Below are positions 15,732-22,536 of a stretch of DNA of 32,001 nucleotides, piece after piece. A program made the position numbers and the translations under genes. The notes below the pieces were generated by a model. That model was not told the DNA's origin. It saw only the letters and a program-made list of their open reading frames with translations, and made no database searches. Numbering within the stretch: the first letter of the stretch is position 1; every line of letters starts with the position of its first letter. Source of the DNA: Candidatus Limnocylindrales bacterium (GTDB taxonomy: Bacteria > Chloroflexota > Limnocylindria > Limnocylindrales > CSP1-4). Location: positions 1-32,001 of the forward strand of contig DAIOXD010000002.1 of NCBI GenBank assembly GCA_036758145.1, in the 5' to 3' direction.

Positions 15732-17878
15732 CCGCCGGGTTCGAGCCCACGCCCGCTCCCGAGCCGAGGCGGGAGCCCGCGATGGCCGGCGGCGCGACCG
15801 CGGCCGCGACCGCTGCGCCCGCCGCGCCCGCCGCCGCCCTGCGCATCGAGGACCTGTCGCTCTCGTATATCGTGCGCGGCATCCCTCGTCCGGTCCTGCG
15901 CGGGGTCTCGTTCGAGGTCCGGCCGGGTGAGTCGTATGGGCTGGTCGGCGAGTCCGGCTGCGGCAAATCGACGACGGCCTACGCCGCGGTCCGCTACCTC
16001 CCCCGAAATGGCGTCATCACCGGCGGTCGCATCCTGGTCGATGGCAACGACGTGACGAAGATGTGCGAGGAAGAGGTCCGGAACTTCCGGATCCACCAGG
16101 CCTCGATGGTCTACCAGGACCCCGGCGCCGCGCTCAACCCCACGACGAAGGTCGGGCCACAAGTCGTCGAGGCGTTCACCATCCTCGGCCAGAACAAGAA
16201 GCAGGCCCAGGCGAACGCGCTCAAGGCGCTCAAGCGGGTCCAGATCGCCGACCCCGAGGCGGTCGCCCAGCGCTATCCCCACCAGCTTTCCGGAGGGATG
16301 CAGCAGCGCGTCGTCATCGCCATCGCCCTCGCCTCGGACCCGAAGCTGCTCGTGCTCGACGAACCGACCACCGGGCTGGATGCCACGGTCGAGGCGAGCG
16401 TCCTCGATCTCGTGCGGACGCTCCAGGCCGAGACGAACGCCGCGGTCCTGCTCATCGCCCACAACCTCGGCGTGATCCGGACGATCTGCGACCGGGTCGG
16501 CGTGATGTACGCAGGCAAGATCGTCGAGGAGGGCGACGCGGCGTCGGTCTTCGAGCATCCGGAACACCCGTACACGCTCGGGCTCCTGCGCTCGCTCCCG
16601 CGCCGCGGGGTCCGCAAGACCGAGCGCGCCCTCGCGACGATCCCCGGCAATCTGCCCCAGATCGGGACGCCGCTGCCGACCTGCGTCTTCGTCGATCGCT
16701 GTCCGCTGGCGGACGAGCTGTGCCGGACGGTCATCCCGCCGATCGTCGAGGTCGGACCAGGCCGCTGGACCCGCTGCCATCATCGCGATCGCCTCGGCCA
16801 GATCGTCGAGCCGCCGGCCGTCGTCGGCCAGGACACCGTCCACGGCGACCGGGCGCTCTCGATCGAGGAGGTCTCGAAGACCTTCCACCAGAGCGGGCAC
16901 GACGTGCCGGCCCTGGTCAAGGTCAACCTCGAGCTCTTCGACGGCGAGACGCTCGGGCTGGTCGGCGAGTCGGGCTCCGGGAAGTCGACCCTGGCGAAGA
17001 CGCTCCTTGGCATCGAGAGCCCGGATCCCGGCGGCAACCTCGAGCTCGACGAGCACGCCCTTGCAGCGCGGTCGGCCAACCGGCCGACGGACGACAAGCG
17101 CTCGCTCCAGATGGTCTTCCAGAACCCCGACTCGGCGCTCAACCGTGGCTGGACCGCGCGCCACATCCTGTCGCGCTCGGTGAGCAAGCTGACCGGGTTG
17201 AAGGGCAAGGCGGTCAATGAGCGGGTCGACAAGCTGGCGGCCGACCTGCGACTGACCCAGCGGCACCTAGACCTCAAGCCGCGACAGTTGTCGGGCGGGC
17301 TCAAGCAACGTGTGGCGATCGCGCGCGCGTTCGCCGGCGACCCACGGATCGTCGTGGCCGACGAGCCGACGAGCGCCCTGGACGTCTCGGTCCAGGCGGC
17401 GATCCTCAACCTGCTCTCCGAGCTCCAGATCAAGAACAAGACGAGCTACCTGCTGATCTCGCACGACCTGGGCGTCGTCCGCTACCTGGCCGACCGGATC
17501 GCCGTGCTGTATCTAGGGCGGATCATGGAGGTCGGCGATTCCGAGACCGTCTTCCGCGGGCCGAACCACCCGTACACCGAGGCGCTGCTCTCCGCGGTCC
17601 CGAACGTGGACGGCGAGGACCGCAAGCGGATCATCCTCGAGGGCGAGATCCCGAGCCCGGCCAATCCTCCGAGCGGCTGCGTCTTCAACACCCGCTGTCC
17701 GCGCGTCATCCGCGGCCTGTGCGAGGTGGTCGAGCCGCCGCTCGTCGAGGTCGAACCCGGCCACCAGATGAGCTGCCACATCCCGATCGAGGAGCTGCGC
17801 GTCCTCCAGCGCAAGGCGCCGCCACCTCGCGAGGACGTGCCGCCGGAACTCGCCGATCCGGCCCTGCTGGCCGACTGA
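15728..17878 (+). CDS. Fused double ATP-binding protein of the peptide/opine-type ABC importer (DppD-DppF-like fusion), 716 aa
   Basis: ATG 15728 forms an ATGA overlap with the permease stop. There are two complete nucleotide-binding domains. The first has GESGCGKST, LSGGMQQR and LLVLDEPTTGLD. The second has GESGSGKST, LSGGLKQR and IVVADEPTSALD. Each is followed by an oligo_HPY-type Cys-rich tail: CVFVDRCPLADELCRTV...RCH and CVFNTRCPRVIRGLCEVV...SCH. Confidence 0.9.
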   Translation: MTAGFEPTPAPEPRREPAMAGGATAAATAAPAAPAAALRIEDLSLSYIVRGIPRPVLRGVSFEVRPGESYGLVGESGCGKSTTAYAAVRYLPRNGVITGGRILVDGNDVTKMCEEEVRNFRIHQASMVYQDPGAALNPTTKVGPQVVEAFTILGQNKKQAQANALKALKRVQIADPEAVAQRYPHQLSGGMQQRVVIAIALASDPKLLVLDEPTTGLDATVEASVLDLVRTLQAETNAAVLLIAHNLGVIRTICDRVGVMYAGKIVEEGDAASVFEHPEHPYTLGLLRSLPRRGVRKTERALATIPGNLPQIGTPLPTCVFVDRCPLADELCRTVIPPIVEVGPGRWTRCHHRDRLGQIVEPPAVVGQDTVHGDRALSIEEVSKTFHQSGHDVPALVKVNLELFDGETLGLVGESGSGKSTLAKTLLGIESPDPGGNLELDEHALAARSANRPTDDKRSLQMVFQNPDSALNRGWTARHILSRSVSKLTGLKGKAVNERVDKLAADLRLTQRHLDLKPRQLSGGLKQRVAIARAFAGDPRIVVADEPTSALDVSVQAAILNLLSELQIKNKTSYLLISHDLGVVRYLADRIAVLYLGRIMEVGDSETVFRGPNHPYTEALLSAVPNVDGEDRKRIILEGEIPSPANPPSGCVFNTRCPRVIRGLCEVVEPPLVEVEPGHQMSCHIPIEELRVLQRKAPPPREDVPPELADPALLAD

Positions 17879-17945
17879 CCGCTCGGGCCCGCCAGCCGGC
17901 CAGACCAGCCACGATGTGGGGGCCCGCTCTGAGCCCAAGCGCGAC

Positions 17946-18087
17946 CCGATCAGACCCGATATCAGGCTGGCTGATCAGATTCGCCGTTTCTGAGCGTGGC
18001 GACCCCGCCCTTCTGTCGATTGTGGAGTTCCGCCCAGCGTGCAAAGCGTCGATTTGATCAATGAGGCTGATATCGGTCTCCGATCAG
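17946..18087. repeat. MITE-like element: imperfect terminal inverted repeats flanked by 8-bp direct repeats
   Basis: The direct repeat ccgatcag occurs at 17946-17953 and 18080-18087. Immediately inside lie the inverted arms acccgatatcaggct (17954-17968) and aggctgatatcggtct (18064-18079). Their cores are perfectly complementary over 10 bp: ccgatatcag at 17956-17965 and ctgatatcgg at 18067-18076. The interior also holds the palindromes ctgatcag (17971-17978) and ttgatcaa. Confidence 0.35.
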
Positions 18088-18141
18088 GGCCTCCAAACCC
18101 CAGCTCGATGCATCGCACCCCAGCCGAGCCCGCCGGTTGCA

Positions 18142-18623
18142 CTACGACGTGGTGCGTTCCTGGTTCAGGACGGCCGCCAGATCGATCACGAGGTCGGTGA
18201 AGAGCGGAGGCGGGGAACCGTCGCTGCAGCGAAGGACGACATGTTCTGGGTCGAGCACATCGACGACCACGCCTGTGTCACCGATCCATGCCTGCATGGT
18301 GCCGGCCGCGTCACGCCACGCGTTCCAGATCCTCACGGTCATCTCTTTGCCCGGCGTGGTCGGAGCAAGTTCGATTCTCTCCCGTTCGGGCGAGTTGTCG
18401 GACCAAATCACCAGGTCGTCGAGAAGCTGATCATTAGCTTGAGTCGGCCGCCTCGTGATCGCAGTCTTAGCCCTTGAGGCCGTCGCTCGGATGCGAAGAT
18501 CCGCGTGAGTTGCATTGCCGTCGCCGCCACGGGCCATTCGTACATCGCGTGGATGATCTGACCGTCAGGGTCGATGGGGCGCCCTTTGGAGGCCAGGAAC
18601 CGGTCAGACAATCGCCGATTCAC
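18142..18623 (-). pseudogene. Hypothetical gene apparently split by a single frameshift
   Basis: Two overlapping minus-strand ORFs, 18408..18623 and 18142..18537. GC3 is coding-like only in the 5' part of the first (VNRRLSDRFLASKGRPIDPDGQIIHAMYEWPVAATAMQLTRIFASERRPQG). It is also coding-like in the 3' part of the second (...QLLDDLVIWSDNSPERERIELAPTTPGKEMTVRIWNAWRDAAGTMQAWIGDTGVVVDVLDPEHVVLRCSDG...). The implied frame switch is near 18440-18475. The family is unknown. Confidence 0.3.
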
Positions 18624-18645
18624 GCTCGGACACTCGGCAGTCGGG

Positions 18646-20697
18646 TCATAGCGTCATCGCAATGCGGCGGGCGTCGTAGATGGCGGCATGGATCGATCGG
18701 CTGGCGACGGCGTCGCCGACGCGGAAGAGCTGGTAGGTGCCGTCGGGGTTGACGACCCGGGCCTGAGGCTGGCCGGCGAGATAGGCGCCCAGGTCGAGTT
18801 CGCCGCCATTCGAGGAGCCGTCGCGCAACGCCAGGTAGACCTCGGCGTTCGGGACCGTGCCGTACTCGATCACGACCTGGTCGACGACGCGCTGGGTCGT
18901 GGTTCGCGTGTAGTCGTTCCAGAGGTCGACCTCGAGACGGCGGTCAAGCCTTCGGCGAACCGCGGTCAGCCGGTGATCTGGGGTCAAACGGACACCGGCC
19001 GCATAGAACGACCCGAGATACGCCGGGTAGGCGGTCCCGGTCACCTCCTGGCCGACGTGGCGATCGGGCGTGACGAGCTCCACCGATGAACCGGCGGCGA
19101 CCATCCGCTCGACACACGAAAGCGCGTCCTCGGTGCCGTGGTCGTCGAAGACCAGGACTTCGCCACGTGACGGGCTGACCGACCCGCCGACGATGTCCCA
19201 GGTGCTCACCACGAGGTCCTCGCCCTCGGTCAGTACGGGCATCCGGGGCCGCCCACCGGTCGCGACGATCACCACGTCCGGCGCCAAACCCACCACATCC
19301 GCCGCCTCGGCCACATGGTTGCGCCGCACCTCCACGCCCATGTGCCGGCACTCCCCCGCCAGCCACTCCACGATCCCGATCAGGTCGCCCCGCCGCGCCG
19401 TCGCCCGCGCCGCCAGCCGGATCTGGCCGCCGACCTCTGGCGCCGCCTCGAACAGCGTGACCGAGTGCCCCCGCTCCGCCGCGACCCGAGCCGCCTCCAG
19501 CCCCGCCGGGCCGCCGCCGACCACCACGACCTTCCGGCGCGGCCCCCTCGAGCGCGGCGTCACGTGCGCGATCGTCTCCTCGCGCCCGGTCGCGGGGTTG
19601 TGGATGCACAACGCGTCGAGTCCCTGGTAAAGCCGGTTGATGCACATCGACGCCCCGACGCACGGCCGGATCCGGTCGGCCTCGCCCGCTTCCAGCTTGC
19701 GCACGATGTGCGGGTCGGCCATGTGCGCCCGCGTCATCCCGACCATGTCGAGGAGACCCTCGGTGATCGCGTAGCGTGCCGTCGCCACGTCGGCGATCCG
19801 GGCCGCATGGAAGATCGGCAGGTTCACCCGTTCGCGAAATCGCCCGGCGAACTGGAGGGCGGGCCCGAACGGCGTGCCCATCCCCGGGATGACGTGCGAG
19901 ATCGCCTCGTCGGTGGCGATCGAGCCCTTGACGATGTTGATGAAGTCGATCGTCCCGGTCCGGGCCAGGGTCGATGCGATCTCGAGGCCGTCGGCCTCGT
20001 TCAGCCCGCCCGGGACGTCCTCGCCGCCGGTCATCCGGATCCCGACGATGAAGTCGGGGCCGACCTTCGCCCGGATGGCCTCGAGCACCTCGATCGAGAA
20101 GCGCATCCGGTTGGCGAGCGACCCGCCGTAGCGATCCGACCGTTTGTTGACGAGCGGCGACCAGAACTGGTCGATCAGGTGGCCGTAGGCCTCGAGCTCC
20201 AGGCCGTCGAGGCCGCCTTCCCGACACCGACGCGCCGCCTCGGCGTAGGAGGCGACGACTCGCCGGATATCGCCCTCTTCCATCTCCTTCGGGAACGACC
20301 GATGCGCCGGCTCACGGACCGACGACGACGAGATGGTCGGCAGCCAGTCGCCGTCGTCCCAGACCGTCCGCCGGCCGAGGTGGGTGAGCTGGACCATGGT
20401 CGCGGCGCCGTGCGCGTGCATCCGGTCGGCCATCTGCCGGAACCACGGGATGATGTCGTCGTTGCCGGCGTAGAGCTGGCCGAAGATCGGCGGCGAGTCG
20501 GGTGCGACGTTCGTCGATCCACCGAACATCGACAGCGCGATCCCGCCCTTGGCCTTCTCCTCCTGGTAGAGCTGGTAGCGCAGCTTCGGCTTGCCATCCT
20601 CCGCATAAGCCGGTTCGTGGGCCGTGCTCATGATCCGGTTCCGGAGCGTCAGGTGCCGGAGCTGGAACGGCTGGAGGAGCGGGTCGGCGGCGGTCAT
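18646..20697 (-). CDS. OYE-like FMN / FAD-NAD(P) flavoprotein of the 2,4-dienoyl-CoA reductase / N-methylproline demethylase (StcD-like) family, 683 aa
   Basis: ORF 18646..20745 (-, TTG). I prefer ATG 20697, which gives the N-terminus MTAADPLLQPFQLRHLTLRNRIMSTAHEP. The protein has an Oxidored_FMN barrel (QLTHLGRR, RYGGSLANRMRF). Its Cys motif is reduced to three Cys: CVGASMCINRLYQGLDALC. A Rossmann motif VVVVGGGPAGLEAARVAAERGH follows. Confidence 0.85.
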   Translation of the reverse strand: MTAADPLLQPFQLRHLTLRNRIMSTAHEPAYAEDGKPKLRYQLYQEEKAKGGIALSMFGGSTNVAPDSPPIFGQLYAGNDDIIPWFRQMADRMHAHGAATMVQLTHLGRRTVWDDGDWLPTISSSSVREPAHRSFPKEMEEGDIRRVVASYAEAARRCREGGLDGLELEAYGHLIDQFWSPLVNKRSDRYGGSLANRMRFSIEVLEAIRAKVGPDFIVGIRMTGGEDVPGGLNEADGLEIASTLARTGTIDFINIVKGSIATDEAISHVIPGMGTPFGPALQFAGRFRERVNLPIFHAARIADVATARYAITEGLLDMVGMTRAHMADPHIVRKLEAGEADRIRPCVGASMCINRLYQGLDALCIHNPATGREETIAHVTPRSRGPRRKVVVVGGGPAGLEAARVAAERGHSVTLFEAAPEVGGQIRLAARATARRGDLIGIVEWLAGECRHMGVEVRRNHVAEAADVVGLAPDVVIVATGGRPRMPVLTEGEDLVVSTWDIVGGSVSPSRGEVLVFDDHGTEDALSCVERMVAAGSSVELVTPDRHVGQEVTGTAYPAYLGSFYAAGVRLTPDHRLTAVRRRLDRRLEVDLWNDYTRTTTQRVVDQVVIEYGTVPNAEVYLALRDGSSNGGELDLGAYLAGQPQARVVNPDGTYQLFRVGDAVASRSIHAAIYDARRIAMTL

Positions 20698-20787
20698 CTC
20701 GGGCGTGGCGCCTCGGGGCCTGGCAGTCCCGACTGGACCATCCAAGGTCCTCCAAGGCGGGCCCGATCACACGCTCGCCACGGCTCC

Positions 20788-20802
20788 GTGCCTGATAGGC
20801 AC
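20788..20802. promoter_or_regulatory. Perfect 6-3-6 palindrome GTGCCTgatAGGCAC in the leader of the flavoprotein gene
   Basis: Read directly from the sequence. It lies about 90 nt upstream of ATG 20697 in the 227-nt gap after the MttB paralog 2 stop. Confidence 0.3.
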
Positions 20803-20924
20803 CCAACAGAGCGGAGTGGCATTCGTGGCCGCCTCTCGAGCCGCCAGTGGCGCCTACCAGTCCCCGCCACGACGCCGCCGAGGGCCACGATGGAACCGGC
20901 CCGCATCGCCCAGCCCACGCGGAC

Positions 20925-22472
20925 CTAGACGTCCGAATCCGGGAAGCTCGCCCTGCGCCGATCCAGCCATTCCATCAGCTCGTCGTGGATCGCCTCGTCG
21001 AGGGGCGGCATCTCGTACTCGGCCAGGCGGCGCTTCCAGCGCACGTTCGCCCGCTGGGCGGCGTCGAGCCCGCCGTCGAGCTGCCATTGCTCGAAGCTGT
21101 CGTTGTTGGAGATCTCGGACCGCCAGAACGCGTCCTCGAAGTTCGCCAGCGTGTGGGGCGACCCGAGGAAATGCTGGCCCGGCCCGCCGGCGAGCATGGC
21201 GTCGAGCGCGAAGCCGTTGTCGGTCACGTCGACGCCGCCGATGTAGGCGCCGGTCATCGACGCCTGATCTTCGTCGAGGATGAATTTCTCGTAGCCGATG
21301 GCCAGCCCGCCCTCGAGCCAACCCGCGGTGTGGAGATTGAAGTTGACGCCGGCCTGCATCGTGGCGAGATAGCTGATCGCGCTCTCGTAGGCGGCCTGGT
21401 AGTCGGGCAGCTTGGACGCCGTGAAGTTGCCCCCGCTCCGGAACGGGACGCCGAGCCGGCGAGCGAGGGCAGCGAGGACGAACAGCACAAGTTGGGGTTC
21501 CGGGGTGCCGAAGGTGGGCGCTCCGGACTGCATCGACATCGACGAAGCGAACGAGCCGAAGATGACCGGCGCGCCCGGCTTGACGATCTGGCAGAATGCC
21601 ATCCCCGCCAGCGCCTCGGCAAGCGTCTGGGTGGCCTGCGCCGCGACCGTCACGGGCGCCATGGCGCCACCGAGGATGAACGGCGTGATGAGCATGATCT
21701 GGTTGTTCTCGGCGTAGACCTTGGCCGAGCCGAGCATGTTGAAGTCCCACGACATCGGCGAGTTGGCGTTGGCCAGGCCCATGATCACGTGCTCGCGTTC
21801 CATCGTCTCGGCACCGAACACGATCCGCGCCATCTCGACGGAATCCTGGGCGCGGCTCGGGTGGGTCACCGAACCCATGAACGCCCGGTCCGAGTAGCGG
21901 ATGTGGCTGTAGACCATCTCGAGATGGCGCTTGTTGACGGGGAGGTCGACCGGCTCGCACAACGTCCCGCCGCCGTGGTGGAGGGTGCGGCTCGTGTAGG
22001 TCAGCTTCACGAAGTTACGGAAGTCCTCGATGGTGGCGTAGCGACGGCCCTCGTCGAGGTTGTGGATGAACGGCGAGCCATAGGTCGGCACCAGGACCAT
22101 GTACGGGTCGCCGATCTGGACGCTCCGGGCGTCGTTGCGGGCGCGCTGGGTGAAGATCTTGGGCGCGGTGGCCGTGACGAGCGCCCGGCACATGCCACGC
22201 GGGAAGCGGACGCGGGTGCCCGTCACGTCCGCGCCGGCGCCGCGGAAGATCTCGACCGCATCGGGGAAGTTGACGATCTCGATCCCGACCTGCTCGAGGA
22301 GGGTGTCGGCGTTGGCCTCGATCTGCTCGAGCCCGCCGGTCGAGATGACCTCGACGGGTGGCAGCTTGCGGGTCAGATACGGGAGCGTGTCCATCGTCCG
22401 AGCCAGGCGCTCGCTCTGTCGCGCGGCCCGACCGCGCCGTACGGCGGGGTGTTCGAGGTCCGGGACAGCCAT
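20925..22472 (-). CDS. Trimethylamine methyltransferase (MttB) family protein, non-pyrrolysine class (paralog 2), 515 aa
   Basis: ORF 20925..22586 (-), trimmed to ATG 22472, with GAGGAG 5 nt upstream. There is no in-frame TAG. The MttB core is ITPFILGGAMAPVT, KPGAPVIFGSF, MQSGAPTFGTPE and TAGWLEGGL. By eye it is roughly half identical to paralog 1. Confidence 0.9.
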   Translation of the reverse strand: MAVPDLEHPAVRRGRAARQSERLARTMDTLPYLTRKLPPVEVISTGGLEQIEANADTLLEQVGIEIVNFPDAVEIFRGAGADVTGTRVRFPRGMCRALVTATAPKIFTQRARNDARSVQIGDPYMVLVPTYGSPFIHNLDEGRRYATIEDFRNFVKLTYTSRTLHHGGGTLCEPVDLPVNKRHLEMVYSHIRYSDRAFMGSVTHPSRAQDSVEMARIVFGAETMEREHVIMGLANANSPMSWDFNMLGSAKVYAENNQIMLITPFILGGAMAPVTVAAQATQTLAEALAGMAFCQIVKPGAPVIFGSFASSMSMQSGAPTFGTPEPQLVLFVLAALARRLGVPFRSGGNFTASKLPDYQAAYESAISYLATMQAGVNFNLHTAGWLEGGLAIGYEKFILDEDQASMTGAYIGGVDVTDNGFALDAMLAGGPGQHFLGSPHTLANFEDAFWRSEISNNDSFEQWQLDGGLDAAQRANVRWKRRLAEYEMPPLDEAIHDELMEWLDRRRASFPDSDV

Positions 22473-22536
22473 CTGATCTCCTCGGGTTCGCGCGACCTGG
22501 AGGCGCCGTGCCAGGGACATGGTACGGCGGCGCGAA

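Noticed and set aside
18061-18477. 138-aa plus-strand ORF in the GC trough.
   Set aside because: Its composition is poor (Arg, Pro and Gly rich). The opposite strand shows the better third-position GC signal and a more protein-like translation.
19480-19540. DNA-level similarity between the two flavoprotein genes around the GGGPAGLEAARVAAERGH motif, with the counterpart at about 23285-23350, as a possible recombination or gene-conversion tract.
   Set aside because: Identity is only about 85% over about 60 nt and is confined to a strongly conserved FAD-binding motif. Protein-level constraint plus GC-biased codon use explains it.
20698-20924. Possible cobalamin riboswitch in the leader next to the MttB gene. 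The minus strand contains GCCACTG (plus-strand 20845-20851).
   Set aside because: Only that heptamer matches. I could not find the GGGAA / GGTG-AATCC core or a B12-box-like AGYCAGGAGACCTGCC element. The leaders at 6668-6766 and 22473-22536 also lack them. A covariance-model scan would be decisive.
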